A stretch of 64,000 nucleotides of DNA, taken from NCBI GenBank assembly GCA_002839285.1, contig PGXT01000004.1:1248-65247 (forward strand). Direction: 5' to 3'. The stretch is from Spirochaetae bacterium HGW-Spirochaetae-5. Its GTDB lineage: Bacteria; Spirochaetota; UBA4802; UBA5550. Positions 10,521 through 21,325 of this stretch are shown here, piece by piece. Numbering within the stretch: the first letter of the stretch is position 1; every line of letters starts with the position of its first letter. The position numbers and the translations under genes are program-made. The notes below the pieces were generated by a model that worked only from the letters and a program-made list of their open reading frames with translations, had not been told where the DNA came from and did not search any database.

Positions 10521-10883
10521 ATGTCAACAAAACAGGAAGTAACACAATCTACTGAACAGAAACTATCTCATCAGTTATCCATGCAGATCATGGAAGTGGG
10601 ACAGACAATACTTGAACTGGAATCAACATATCACGATTCATTCAGCAGACAGATGAGAGAAAAAATCCAGCGCGCTAAAGAAATTCTTGATGAACTTGCA
10701 AATGACTGCATGACTGAACTGACATCTGAAAGAATGAAAAACTGGCAGAAAGAGAGACTTCAGGAAAAAGAAAAATTGAAATTCACAAGAAAAAAAGATG
10801 CATGGGAGATTCTATCCCCGCAGCAGGAAGAGGAATACAAGGCAAGAGTGACCAGAAGAATGCACCAGGGATTCGGAAGATAA
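10521..10883 (+). CDS. Hypothetical coiled-coil protein
   Basis: 120-aa charged helical ORF with plausible RBS and downstream hairpin; no family recognised. Confidence 0.7.
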   Translation: MSTKQEVTQSTEQKLSHQLSMQIMEVGQTILELESTYHDSFSRQMREKIQRAKEILDELANDCMTELTSERMKNWQKERLQEKEKLKFTRKKDAWEILSPQQEEEYKARVTRRMHQGFGR

Positions 10884-10893
10884 CAATAAACCG

Positions 10894-10914
10894 CCCGGCA
10901 TTTTCAATGCCGGG
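10894..10914 (+). terminator. Hairpin after hypothetical gene
   Basis: cccggcatt-ttc-aatgccggg 9-bp stem; weak U-tract. Confidence 0.5.
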
Positions 10915-11022
10915 TATCATAGCTGATTAAGGTTTTGTAAGCCGGAGTCCTAAAACAGATAATGCTCAAAAATGACTCTGTTTTTATTAAACCGGATTAA
11001 ACTGCTTTTAAAATGAGGCATT

Positions 11023-11673
11023 ATGAACTTTTTCATAATATCAGCAGTCCTGTCTCTGCTTGCGGGTCTGCTTTATTTCGAAAAGAAAGAATCGGTCAAA
11101 GGTCTTTTAATCGTTAAACCTCTATTATCATCACTCTTTATAATTACGGCACTTATCCAGAATCACCAGAATATGATATATTTCTATATTATATTATCGG
11201 GACTGCTGCTCTGTCTGATCGGAGATGTGTGCCTAATATTCTTTTTTAATAAAAAAATATTCACTTCCGGTCTGGCCGCATTTCTCGCGGGACATATAAT
11301 GTACATGATAGCTTTCTTTAAATTCGGAGAGAGCGGAACAGCTGTTTACGCCGCGGGAATACTTTGTCTTACAATAAGCAGCTTTATTTTCATAAAACTG
11401 AAACCTCATCTCGGAAACATGAAAAAACCGGTCATAGCCTATATTGCAATAATTACCGTGATGGTTATAAGCGCTTTTTCATTTCATGAGAATTCTATTG
11501 TGAGCCAAACCATAAGAAATACCATAATTGCCGCAGCACTGATATTCTATGCATCTGATATATTTGTTGCACGGCACAGGTTTGTGAAAAAAGAATTCTT
11601 AAATCGGGCAATAGGTCTTCCGATGTACTACACGGCACAGTTTATGCTGGCACTGTCTACAGGAATGTTCTGA
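11023..11673 (+). CDS. YhhN-family lysoplasmalogenase-like membrane protein
   Basis: KP near N-terminus, GDVCL, F.SGLAAFLAGHI.Y, Y(A)SD.FVA, YYTAQ. Confidence 0.85.
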   Translation: MNFFIISAVLSLLAGLLYFEKKESVKGLLIVKPLLSSLFIITALIQNHQNMIYFYIILSGLLLCLIGDVCLIFFFNKKIFTSGLAAFLAGHIMYMIAFFKFGESGTAVYAAGILCLTISSFIFIKLKPHLGNMKKPVIAYIAIITVMVISAFSFHENSIVSQTIRNTIIAAALIFYASDIFVARHRFVKKEFLNRAIGLPMYYTAQFMLALSTGMF

Positions 11674-11686
11674 TAGAGATTAAAAG

Positions 11687-12061
11687 ATGTTAAACGTGAA
11701 AATCTCCGGTATTGCTCTCTTTCTTCTCATACTTCTGTCCTGTTATCCGGATGCTGAATCGGAGAAATCTGAAATGGAAAAAACAGATAAATGTTTTTCA
11801 GAAATGAATTTAAGTATAGTGCATAACTATTTAAAGCAGCAAATCAGTACCGGAAACACACCATATTACAAATATGACGGGTATGAACTGTATATTGATG
11901 AAGAAATAACAATTTTCCTTAAAGATAAAGGATACACTCTTGCCGTAATAAATAAAAAAAACGGGATCGTTTCATTAGCTGTATTACAGAAAAATAATGA
12001 AAGAATAGTAAAAACAGCAACGGGTATATTCTGCAGAATACTCCTGATGGCTAAAGAATGA
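11687..12061 (+). CDS. Hypothetical lipoprotein
   Basis: Hydrophobic signal ending in lipobox-like ILLSC. Confidence 0.6.
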   Translation: MLNVKISGIALFLLILLSCYPDAESEKSEMEKTDKCFSEMNLSIVHNYLKQQISTGNTPYYKYDGYELYIDEEITIFLKDKGYTLAVINKKNGIVSLAVLQKNNERIVKTATGIFCRILLMAKE

Positions 12062-12249
12062 CCCGGCCCGTTTTTTTACATCGGCTCTAAAAAGATATTC
12101 CGTATAATTCTTCAACATGTTGCATTATTGATACACAGTTAAACTGATTTCTTCAATACAAAAAGTTTTTCAACAGAAACGGTTCACCCATATCCTCTTA
12201 ACTCCTGATTATATCAGACATAACAGAATAAAAAAATAAAAAATAACTT

Positions 12250-12265
12250 TGGCACAAATAATGCT
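12250..12265 (+). promoter_or_regulatory. Putative sigma-54 (-24/-12) promoter of ino1
   Basis: TGGCACAAATAATGCT has GG and GC at consensus spacing, 46 bp before the start codon. Confidence 0.6.
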
Positions 12266-12310
12266 TATTATATAATCAGTTATGTTTATAAATTATTAAG
12301 GAGTTTCATT

Positions 12311-13630
12311 GTGGAACCTAACAAAATTGAAATTAAAAGCCCCGAAGGTAAACTGGGGGTTCTTATACCGGGTCTTGGCGCGGTAAGCACCACATTTATT
12401 GCCGGAGTTATGATGATAAGAAAAGGGCTGAACAAGCCCATCGGGTCACTTGCACAAATGGGAAAACTCAGAACCGGAACCGGGGCTGACGCCAAAGAGG
12501 TTGATATTAAGGAATTCATCCCTCTTGCAGCACTAAGCGATATGGAGTTCGGCGGATGGGACATCTTTGAAGATACGGTGTACGAATCTGCTGCAAATGC
12601 CCAGGTTCTGACAAAAGATGATCTTGAATCTGTTAAAGATGAACTCGCAGCGATCAAACCGTGGAAAGCCGTATTCAATAAACATTTCGTTAAAAATCTT
12701 GACGGTGTAAACGTCAAGCAGGCGCCGACACACTGGGATATGGTTCAGCTTGTCAAAGAGGACATTGCTAAATTCAAACAGGAAAAAAATATATCAAGAT
12801 TCATTATGGTATGGTGCGGGAGTACAGAAATCCATCAGGTAATGGTTCCTGGAGTTCACGACACTCTGGCTAATTTTGAAAAAGCATTGAAGGAGAACCA
12901 CCCTGCAATTGCGCCGAGTATGATTTACTGCTACGCCGCGCTTGACCTTGGAATACCATACGCCAACGGCGCTCCGAACCTCTGCAATGATATCCCGGCA
13001 TTCTGGGAACTGGCAGATTTAAGAAAAACCGCCATGGGCGGTAAAGATTTTAAATCTGGCCAGACATTCATGAAAACTCTGCTTGCTCCCGGATTCAAGG
13101 CAAGAATGCTTGGGATGAAGGGGTGGTACTCAACAAACATTCTCGGCAACAGGGATGGAGCCGTTCTTGAAGATCCGGAATCATTCAAATCTAAAGAAGT
13201 GAGCAAGCTTTCTGTTCTTGAACAGATATGCCAGCCGGAGCTTTACCCCGATCTTTATGGTGATTTCTATCACAAAGTAACAATCAACTACTATCCTCCA
13301 AGAGGGGACAATAAAGAGGGATGGGACAACATCGATATATTCGGATGGCTCGGTTATCCAATGCAGGTAAAAGTAAACTTTCTCTGCCGTGACTCCATTC
13401 TCGCGGCTCCGATAGTGCTAGACCTTGTTATTTTTCTCGATTTAGCTCAAAGATCCGGACTTTTCGGAAACCAGGAGTGGCTTTCATTCTACTGGAAGAG
13501 CCCCATGCATCTGCCGAATCAGGAACCGGAACACGATCTCTTTGTACAGCTAATGAGATTTAAAAACACTTTAAGATGGCTCCGAAACGAACCGCCGGTA
13601 ACAACACTCGGGCACGAAACTTACAATTAA
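12311..13630 (+). CDS. ino1: myo-inositol-1-phosphate synthase
   Basis: GLGAVSTT, FGGWDIF, WCGSTE, GKDFKSGQT, NILGNRDG, GDNKEGWD, RDSILAAP. Confidence 0.93.
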   Translation: MEPNKIEIKSPEGKLGVLIPGLGAVSTTFIAGVMMIRKGLNKPIGSLAQMGKLRTGTGADAKEVDIKEFIPLAALSDMEFGGWDIFEDTVYESAANAQVLTKDDLESVKDELAAIKPWKAVFNKHFVKNLDGVNVKQAPTHWDMVQLVKEDIAKFKQEKNISRFIMVWCGSTEIHQVMVPGVHDTLANFEKALKENHPAIAPSMIYCYAALDLGIPYANGAPNLCNDIPAFWELADLRKTAMGGKDFKSGQTFMKTLLAPGFKARMLGMKGWYSTNILGNRDGAVLEDPESFKSKEVSKLSVLEQICQPELYPDLYGDFYHKVTINYYPPRGDNKEGWDNIDIFGWLGYPMQVKVNFLCRDSILAAPIVLDLVIFLDLAQRSGLFGNQEWLSFYWKSPMHLPNQEPEHDLFVQLMRFKNTLRWLRNEPPVTTLGHETYN

Positions 13631-13658
13631 ATAAAACCTTATCCCATTATTCACATCC

Positions 13659-13760
13659 TTTTGAGTTCCCCCCATCAAGGGGGAACTCAAAATTAGAAAC
13701 GGCAGCAATCCCCCATTTCCGGAGTAAGCTTTGCCCCCTCCGGGGGTGCGGGGGCTTCGG
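13659..13760. repeat. GC-rich hairpin/miniature repeat element
   Basis: 14-bp stem ttttgagttccccc/gggggaactcaaaa followed by a ccccctccggggg hairpin; aatcccccatttc recurs near 13917. Confidence 0.55.
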
Positions 13761-14023
13761 TGTGTGAATATCTTATTGCCCCCAAAAAATAAGCAGTTAC
13801 CTGGAAACCAACAAAAAATTAAAATTTAATAGTTGCCATTTTATAAAAATGTTCAACACTAACTCCCTCTCCTGTAGTTGAAAGCTATTGGAACTGAAGG
13901 GGCGCTGCCCTCGTAATCCCCCATTTCAGGCGCAGCGCGAAGCGCTGTGCCCGCAAAAATAAACCGCTACCACTGATGGTAAATTATATCAGTACAAAAA
14001 TATCTGAACAGGTAAAACATTAA

Positions 14024-15104
14024 ATGGACAGTAACTCTATAATTCTTCTGTTATGCGGGCTTGTGATAATATCATATCTGTTCGAAATTTTCTCTAAAAA
14101 AACAGGTATCCCATCTGTTCTTTTTCTTATAACCCTGGGTATACTGCTTAACAAACTTACAGTTTTCTATGAAATTCCGGCCGTAGATTTTCTACGGCTT
14201 ATACCTGTTATAGGCACAGTAGGTCTTATACTTATTGTATTTGAAGGATCCCTTGAGATTGAATATCACAGTGATAAAAAAAAGATATTGTTCAAAGTCC
14301 TTGCTGTTTCGATAATTATTCTTGCAGCAAACTCTGTAATTATGGCGATTATATTTCAGCATTTTACCGGTCTCGGTTTCCATCAATGTTTTGTTAACGC
14401 AATACCATTAAGCGTAATCAGCTCGGCAATAGCTATCCCATCGGCTGCTCACCTTTCATCGGAGAACAGGGAATTTATTACAATGGAGAGTTCGCTATCC
14501 GATATTCTGGGGATTATTCTTTTCAATTACGCAATTATCAACAGCACCCTTACATTTTTTCTTACGGGTAAAATCATCATAGAGATTATCGTTGTTACAA
14601 TTGTATCATTTATTTTCTGCCTTATACTGCTCTATCTACTCAGAACAATAGGCCACAATATCAAATTTGTACTTATTCTGTCTGTTATGGTTTTTTTATA
14701 CTCACTGGGAAAATCAATACACGTCTCTTCAGGGGGTTTTTCTTGTAAAAACTTTTTTCTTTATCATATTCGGTTTTATTTTAACACCCGGATCTTTACT
14801 CTCCCCGGTGAATATTATAACAGCATCCGCAATTCTCGGAGCTATCTATGGAGTTCGAATCATCACTCTTCTGATTGTAAAACAAAGTGTCTTCCCTGGA
14901 ATTTTTTATGCTCCCAGGGGACTCATAACAATTCTGCTCTACGCCAGCATCCCCGCGGTCCTGCAGATGGATAGAATCAACATTGATGTGCTTTTCATTG
15001 TAATTCTGGCAACAAGCACTATCATGATACTCGGTTCATTCTGGAAAAGAGGCGCCCCGGAAAGCGGCGGGGAGAAATGCCTTTCCAATTCTGAACCAAA
15101 ATAG
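14024..15104 (+). pseudogene. Cation:proton antiporter (CPA-type), frameshifted with internal deletion near 14730
   Basis: GIPSVLFLI..G, GTVGLILIVFEG, SSAIAIPS, ESSLSDILGI in ORF 14024..14974; continuation GVFLVKTFFFIIFG..APRGLITILL in ORF 14667..15104. Confidence 0.8.
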
Positions 15105-15108
15105 CTGC

Positions 15109-16764
15109 TCATGAATTGTCCCGCTGCTCCAGCATAAATATCAGAAAGGAGTGATGAGACAGTGTTATTATATAATTTTCATTTTCGGGAATTACCGGAA
15201 AAGCTGACCCCCCGAGAAGCTCAACAGGTGTTAAACCGGTATATTCCTGAAGATCAAGTTTTACAGCCTCGGCCTTTGAAGAAAGATTAAAAACACAAAG
15301 GGCTTTTTCTTCATTATCAAACCTGATATAAGCCAGAATCTTTTTATTATTTGTTTCAATAAAATCTATATAGCCGTTTCCGAAAACCATATGCGATTTA
15401 CTCTTGTTTATCAAACGCTTTATAAAACTGAGCAGAGATGACGGACTGGAAACCTGAGCCTCCACATTGACCGCATTATAATTATACTCGGGATCTATTA
15501 TTACCGGAGAATAAAGCATAGACGGTTTACTGTCTGAAAAGCCGGCATTCCTATCCTCGTTCCACTGCATGGGTGTCCTTACTCCGTTGCGGTCACCAAG
15601 ATAGATGTTATCCCCCATTCCAATCTCATCGCCATAATATATAACCGGCGTACCTGGAAGAGTAAAAAGCAGAGCATAAGCCAGCTCCACTTTTCTCCTG
15701 TCATTATCGAGAAGAGGATTAAGCCTTCGCCTTATCCCCATATTGATCTGCATCCTCTTATCTTTTGCATAGAGGTTATACATATCATCCCTCTCCTCAT
15801 CTGTGCACATCTCCAGAGTCAGCTCATCATGGTTTCTCAAAAATACCGCCCACTGACAGTTAGAAGGTATATCAGGAATCTGTTTTATAATATTGATAAT
15901 CGGCTCACTGTTCTCCTTCTGGAATGCCATAAAGATTCTGGGCATAAGAGGAAAATTAAAAGCCATGTGAAACTCATCACCATCTCCAAAATATTTGATC
16001 AGATCTTCGGGCCACTGATTCGCCTCGGCGAGAAGTATTCTGTCAGGATATTCCTCATCAATTATTTTTCTAAGCTCACGGATATACTGGTGAGTTTCAG
16101 GAAGATTCTCGCAGTCTGTCCCCTCGCGCTCAAATAGATAAGGCACAGCATCGACACGGAATCCGTCAAGTCCCAGTTCAAACCAGAATCTGAACACTCT
16201 CTTCATCTCTTCACGGACCTTCTCATTTTCAAAATTCAGATCGGGTTGAGATGAGAAAAATCTATGCCAGTAATATTTCCCGCATTCATCACACCATGTC
16301 CAGTTAGACCTTTCAGTATCGCTGAATATTATACGTGCGTCCTCATATTTTTTATATGTATCTGACCAGACATAGTAGTTATGATACTCTGACTCCGGGC
16401 CTTTTTTCGCATCAAGAAACCATGGATGCCGGTCCGAAGTATGATTTAAAACAAGCTCCCCGATAATCCTTATTCCCCTGAGATGAGCCTGGGCAATCAG
16501 TTCCTTAAAATCATCCATAGTCCCGTATGCGGGATCTATCGAATAGTAATCTGAAATATCATAGCCATCATCAAGCCCCGGTGACGGGTATATCGGAAGC
16601 ATCCATATGCAATTGATCCCGAGCCAGCAGAGATAATCCAGTTTTGATATGAGTCCCGGAATATCCCCTTTACCATCACTGCTTGAATCTTTAAATGCCT
16701 TAATACTTAATTCATAAATTACGGCATTTTTATACCATAGATTATCCATTTTACACTTCTCCAA
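15109..16764 (-). CDS. treS: Trehalose synthase (maltose alpha-D-glucosyltransferase), GH13
   Basis: [60 protein letters not shown]. Confidence 0.95.
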   Translation of the reverse strand: MEKCKMDNLWYKNAVIYELSIKAFKDSSSDGKGDIPGLISKLDYLCWLGINCIWMLPIYPSPGLDDGYDISDYYSIDPAYGTMDDFKELIAQAHLRGIRIIGELVLNHTSDRHPWFLDAKKGPESEYHNYYVWSDTYKKYEDARIIFSDTERSNWTWCDECGKYYWHRFFSSQPDLNFENEKVREEMKRVFRFWFELGLDGFRVDAVPYLFEREGTDCENLPETHQYIRELRKIIDEEYPDRILLAEANQWPEDLIKYFGDGDEFHMAFNFPLMPRIFMAFQKENSEPIINIIKQIPDIPSNCQWAVFLRNHDELTLEMCTDEERDDMYNLYAKDKRMQINMGIRRRLNPLLDNDRRKVELAYALLFTLPGTPVIYYGDEIGMGDNIYLGDRNGVRTPMQWNEDRNAGFSDSKPSMLYSPVIIDPEYNYNAVNVEAQVSSPSSLLSFIKRLINKSKSHMVFGNGYIDFIETNNKKILAYIRFDNEEKALCVFNLSSKAEAVKLDLQEYTGLTPVELLGGSAFPVIPENENYIITLSHHSFLIFMLEQRDNS

Positions 16765-19000
16765 AATTTTTCAAAAGTTTCCTGAATTCTTCCACATCAT
16801 AGAGGTTATATTTCGCCGATGTATTTCCTAAGCCTATTTTCAGAGTATAAGCATTTTCAGGCAGCTTTTCGAACATCGTTTCATCGGTTATATCATCTCC
16901 GGCAGCAAGTATGAAGTCATAATTTTTTCCGGAGAGAATCCGTGAAGCGGTTATGCCTTTGCTGTTTTCAAGACTTTTTATCTCAATCACTCTATTCCCC
17001 TCCATCAGCCCTATATTCAGATTTGAAATAAAATCCAGAAGCTGGAGTTTCAGCTCCTTGGAATTCACAGAGGAAAATTCCGGATCAGCGTCTCTATAAT
17101 GCCAGGCAAGAGAAAAATCCTTCTCTTCAATAAATGTTCCGGGAGTGTGTCTTACATATTTCTCAAGTAGAGGCCGTATAAGTTTTTTCCATCCCGTATC
17201 AACTTCAATTGTCTGCTGCCAGTCCCCTCCGGAATACCTGATCCATGCCCCATGCTCGGCAACAAGAGATAAATTTTTACTGCTGCTGAAAATTTTTTCA
17301 AGAAAACTCCTGCTCCGTCCGCTGATAACCACAATATCATTACCCTCTTTTGCGGCAATATTGTCAATTATGCCGTACAGCTCTTCATCGGGGAGCGCAT
17401 CCTCGGGCTTTGAACTGAAATTTACAAGAGTGCCGTCATAATCGAGAAACAGAACTCTTGACTCTCCCTTTTTGTAATCATCAAGAATCCGGTTCTGAAT
17501 TTTTCTGGTAAGAATTATCTTTTCATATTTAGTATTATCAGCTGGAGCGCTCTGAAGTTTAGCAATAAAATCATCGGCCCATTTGAAAACATCATACTCT
17601 TTCACCCTCTCTTTGATCTTTGCCATACGGGCATTACGCTCATACTCGGGCATTTCAAGGGCTCTTTTAATTGCATCTGAAATTCCGGCCCTGTCGTTGG
17701 GATTAACAATAACCGCCTCACCCATCTCTTCAACAACACCTGCCATCTCGCTTAAAATTATCACCCCGCTTTTTACTGTCTGAGCCGCAGCATACTCCTT
17801 CGCAATAAGATTCATCCCATCCCTGAGCGGAGTAAGGAGAGCAACATCAGCCTGATTATAAAATGCAAGAAGTGTATTAAAGGGAATTGACCTGTACATA
17901 TAGCGGATGGGGCTCCATGAGATTGTCGAATATCTTCCGTTTATACTGGCGATAAGCCTGTCAACATCACTCTTGAGATGCCTGTAGAGCTTTATCTCGG
18001 TACGAGTGGGGACGGCAACAAGTATCATTACAATTTTTTCATGATAGCCGGGATTCTTTTCAAGAAAATAATCAAAGGCCTCAAGCCTCTGGAGTATCCC
18101 CTTGCTGTAATCCAGCCGGTCGATGGAAAGAATAATTTTTAAATGCTCCGACTTCTCCCGTATCTTCTCAATCTCTTTTTTTACTCCCGCTTTGTTAACT
18201 CCCGAGTACTTATTGTAATCAATCCCCATGGGGAAGACATCGGCTTTAACCATTCTGTCTTTCAGGTCAATCTCGCCGAATCTGTTTTCATGACCGCAAA
18301 TTCTCAGAACACTGCTTAAAAAATGCCGGTAGTAATTATATGTATGAAAGCCTATCAGGTCGGCGCCGAGAAGCCCGAGAAGCAGTTCCTTTCGATAAGG
18401 AAGAAGTCTGTAAACTTCAGATGACGGGAAAGGTATATGAAGGAAAAAACCGATTCTGGCATCGGGAAGACGCTCCCTGATCATCTGAGGAAGAAGCATA
18501 AGTTGATAATCATGTATCCATATTGTATCATTATTTGAGGCATGTTTAAGTATTTCTTCACAAAACTTTTCATTAACCTCTTTATAAACCAGCCATGTCT
18601 TTTCAGAATACGTTGTATAAATAGGGAAATAATGAAAAAGCGGCCAGATGGTATTATTACTGAACCCATTATAATACATTTTTATTTCGTCTTCCGTCAG
18701 ACTCACAGGCACACAGTTATAGCCATCCGATAATTTTTCAGAAATATATGATCTCTCCTCCTCTCCGATCTTATCCGAGGGGATTCCGCTGAATCCGATC
18801 CAGGTGAAATTATTTTTTTTACTGTAAGAGGACAAACCTGTAGCAAGACCGCCGGAACTGTGGGTGAATGATATTTTATTATTACCGGATGTAACTGTTA
18901 CCGGTAACCGGTGCGACACAATTATTAATTTTGAACTGCTTTCTTTTTCTCTACTCAAAAAAACCTCCTGAACTGAACTATGAAACTGCCTCATTGACAT
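16751..19000 (-). CDS. otsAB: Bifunctional trehalose-6-phosphate synthase/phosphatase
   Basis: [42 protein letters not shown]; C-terminal [18 protein letters not shown]. Confidence 0.93.
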   Translation of the reverse strand: MSMRQFHSSVQEVFLSREKESSSKLIIVSHRLPVTVTSGNNKISFTHSSGGLATGLSSYSKKNNFTWIGFSGIPSDKIGEEERSYISEKLSDGYNCVPVSLTEDEIKMYYNGFSNNTIWPLFHYFPIYTTYSEKTWLVYKEVNEKFCEEILKHASNNDTIWIHDYQLMLLPQMIRERLPDARIGFFLHIPFPSSEVYRLLPYRKELLLGLLGADLIGFHTYNYYRHFLSSVLRICGHENRFGEIDLKDRMVKADVFPMGIDYNKYSGVNKAGVKKEIEKIREKSEHLKIILSIDRLDYSKGILQRLEAFDYFLEKNPGYHEKIVMILVAVPTRTEIKLYRHLKSDVDRLIASINGRYSTISWSPIRYMYRSIPFNTLLAFYNQADVALLTPLRDGMNLIAKEYAAAQTVKSGVIILSEMAGVVEEMGEAVIVNPNDRAGISDAIKRALEMPEYERNARMAKIKERVKEYDVFKWADDFIAKLQSAPADNTKYEKIILTRKIQNRILDDYKKGESRVLFLDYDGTLVNFSSKPEDALPDEELYGIIDNIAAKEGNDIVVISGRSRSFLEKIFSSSKNLSLVAEHGAWIRYSGGDWQQTIEVDTGWKKLIRPLLEKYVRHTPGTFIEEKDFSLAWHYRDADPEFSSVNSKELKLQLLDFISNLNIGLMEGNRVIEIKSLENSKGITASRILSGKNYDFILAAGDDITDETMFEKLPENAYTLKIGLGNTSAKYNLYDVEEFRKLLKNFGEV

Positions 19001-19508
19001 ACTGAAAACTGAATGGATATAACTTTTGAAAAAAATCCCTCTGCTATGTAAATATTAAAAATTTTCAATATTTTTTAAAGGCATAGAAAGATCAGTTTAA
19101 TTTTATAATATTAAGTTACACTTAAAAAAGTTGCAATCAAGCAATTAAGGAAATTATCCCTCTATTTTTTATAATAACCGCCATATATCTTATAATTAAA
19201 CAGTAAAAAGCCGGGATTTTGCTAAAATTTTATAGCTAAAGTATATTTAATTAAAAATAACTAAAAAAACGTTGTAACAGAAGGCTGTTTATTATAACTT
19301 ATTTATAGATTACCTGGTATAGACCATTAAGTACCCATTCGAAAAAGTTTAAAGTCTCCATGAATATTATATTATAATGATATATAATCCATCGGAGGTA
19401 CAGCATCAGAATAAAAATTATAACTGTTCCACCGTACCGCAGATTATAAAAAAATCATATTTTTTTATTCCCGGAACAGCCTTACAATTTTTACAAAAGG
19501 AGTTTTAT

Positions 19509-21296
19509 ATGAAAGAAAAATTTACACCTGAACTATTCCTGTCAATATCAGACAAATGGAGTTCAATACTGAAATCCGGAGCAGACCTTGACGAGATAAG
19601 GCATAATCTGCTCAACCATATCAATGAAAAACACTTTATCACATACTCGGGTAAAGACAATGACATGCACGACCTCGACCTTGTAATTATCCGTGACTGT
19701 GCCAGAGTGTGGAGAGGGATACTGCATCCAAGAAGTGAAAATCTTTCGAGCCGCAGTGTCCTGAGCGAACTTGTTAACGCCGCCAAAGGGAAACCTGATC
19801 CGGCACTGTCCGAGGCTTTCTGGGGTGAAATCTGCCATCTGGTTAGAGGTATAGAGGGGCAGTTCAGATTCCACGAGAACAGCGAATTCTCTTTTGCCGA
19901 CTCGGGGGAACTCAAGGGGCGTGATGCAGCCCAGGTCCGTTCCGATGAACTTGATCTTATCCATACACATCTGGAGTGTAGAATGTCCAACTACAGATCC
20001 GGCATCAGCGATTCAGTCCTGGGACAGAGAGCTGAGAATAAAACCAGAATACTATCACAGCTTAACGAAACCGATGAGAACTGGAATGACTGGCACTGGC
20101 AGCTCAGGAACATTGCTAAAGATGAAAAAAAGCTGTCTCAGTTTGCTGAACTGTCTGAACAGGAAATCGAAAACATAAAAGAGGTGAACAGGCTAGGTAT
20201 CCCCTTCGGAGTCACTCCATATTACGCGTCTCTTTTCGACAAACCTGATTCGGGAAATGATAAGGCAATCAGAATGCAGGTACTCTTCCCGGAGAGCTAC
20301 ATAAACTCATCCCAGGGTGAATGCCGTGATGAAAATATTAATGATTTTATGCTCGAAGGTGACACCTCCCCTGTTGACCTCATTACAAGACGGTACCCCA
20401 ACATTGTAATTTTAAAACCATACAACTCCTGCCCGCAGATTTGTGTCTACTGCCAGCGCAACTGGGAGATTAAGGGTCCTCTGGAGCATGGAGCTATGGC
20501 CAGTGATGAAAAGATAAATACTGCTGTAAAATGGATTGCGGACCATGAAGCGATTAAAGAGGTTCTGATCACCGGCGGCGATCCCCTTGTGATGTCGGAT
20601 CTTAAGATCAAGGAAATTCTGCAGAAACTTGCAGATATAAAACATGTTAAACGAATCCGGATCGGTTCAAGAACTCCGGTAACTCTTCCGATGAGGTTCA
20701 CCGATGAGCTATGCGATATAATCGCATCATTCAGAATTCCCGGAAAAAGAGAAATTGCTCTGATGACACACATACAGCACCCACTTGAGGTAACACCGGA
20801 TTTTATCCGCGCTGCAGAAAAAATTAAATCACGGGGAATTTCAATTTATAACCAGCTTGTTTTTACTTTTTACATATCAAGACGATTTGAAGCGGCAAGA
20901 CTGAGAAGTCTCATAAAGCTCTGCGGAGTTGACCCCTACTACTCATTTTACCCTAAGGGCAAACTTGAGACTGCCGATTACCGGATACCGATAGCCCGAA
21001 TGCTGCAGGAGCAGAAGGAGGAATCCAGGCTCATGCCGGGTCTTGCCCGCACCGATGAACCGGTTTACAATGTTCCGGGACTTGGTAAAAACAATCTCAA
21101 TGCATGGCAGAACCGGGATTTTATTTCGATTAATCCGGATGGCTCACGTGTTTATGAATTTCATCCGTGGGAAAAGAAGATTGCAGATCAGAAAACATAC
21201 GTCGGAACAGATATGCCGATTCTCGATTATCTGAAAAGGCTTGAAGATATAGGGGAATCTGCCGAACAATATGAAAGCATCTGGTACTATTTTTAA
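19509..21296 (+). CDS. KamA-family (lysine 2,3-aminomutase-like) radical SAM protein with long N-terminal extension
   Basis: RBS AAGGAG before ATG 19509; WNDWHWQL, CPQICVYCQR, VLITGGDP, RIGSRTP, PGLGK (PLP Lys position). Confidence 0.88.
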   Translation: MKEKFTPELFLSISDKWSSILKSGADLDEIRHNLLNHINEKHFITYSGKDNDMHDLDLVIIRDCARVWRGILHPRSENLSSRSVLSELVNAAKGKPDPALSEAFWGEICHLVRGIEGQFRFHENSEFSFADSGELKGRDAAQVRSDELDLIHTHLECRMSNYRSGISDSVLGQRAENKTRILSQLNETDENWNDWHWQLRNIAKDEKKLSQFAELSEQEIENIKEVNRLGIPFGVTPYYASLFDKPDSGNDKAIRMQVLFPESYINSSQGECRDENINDFMLEGDTSPVDLITRRYPNIVILKPYNSCPQICVYCQRNWEIKGPLEHGAMASDEKINTAVKWIADHEAIKEVLITGGDPLVMSDLKIKEILQKLADIKHVKRIRIGSRTPVTLPMRFTDELCDIIASFRIPGKREIALMTHIQHPLEVTPDFIRAAEKIKSRGISIYNQLVFTFYISRRFEAARLRSLIKLCGVDPYYSFYPKGKLETADYRIPIARMLQEQKEESRLMPGLARTDEPVYNVPGLGKNNLNAWQNRDFISINPDGSRVYEFHPWEKKIADQKTYVGTDMPILDYLKRLEDIGESAEQYESIWYYF

Positions 21297-21325
21297 AATA
21301 AATCCAGGACAATTAAGAGGTAAAG

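Noticed and set aside
19377-19508. N-terminal extension of the KamA-like ORF from the ORF track
   Set aside because: AT-rich and intergenic-like; a strong RBS supports ATG 19509.
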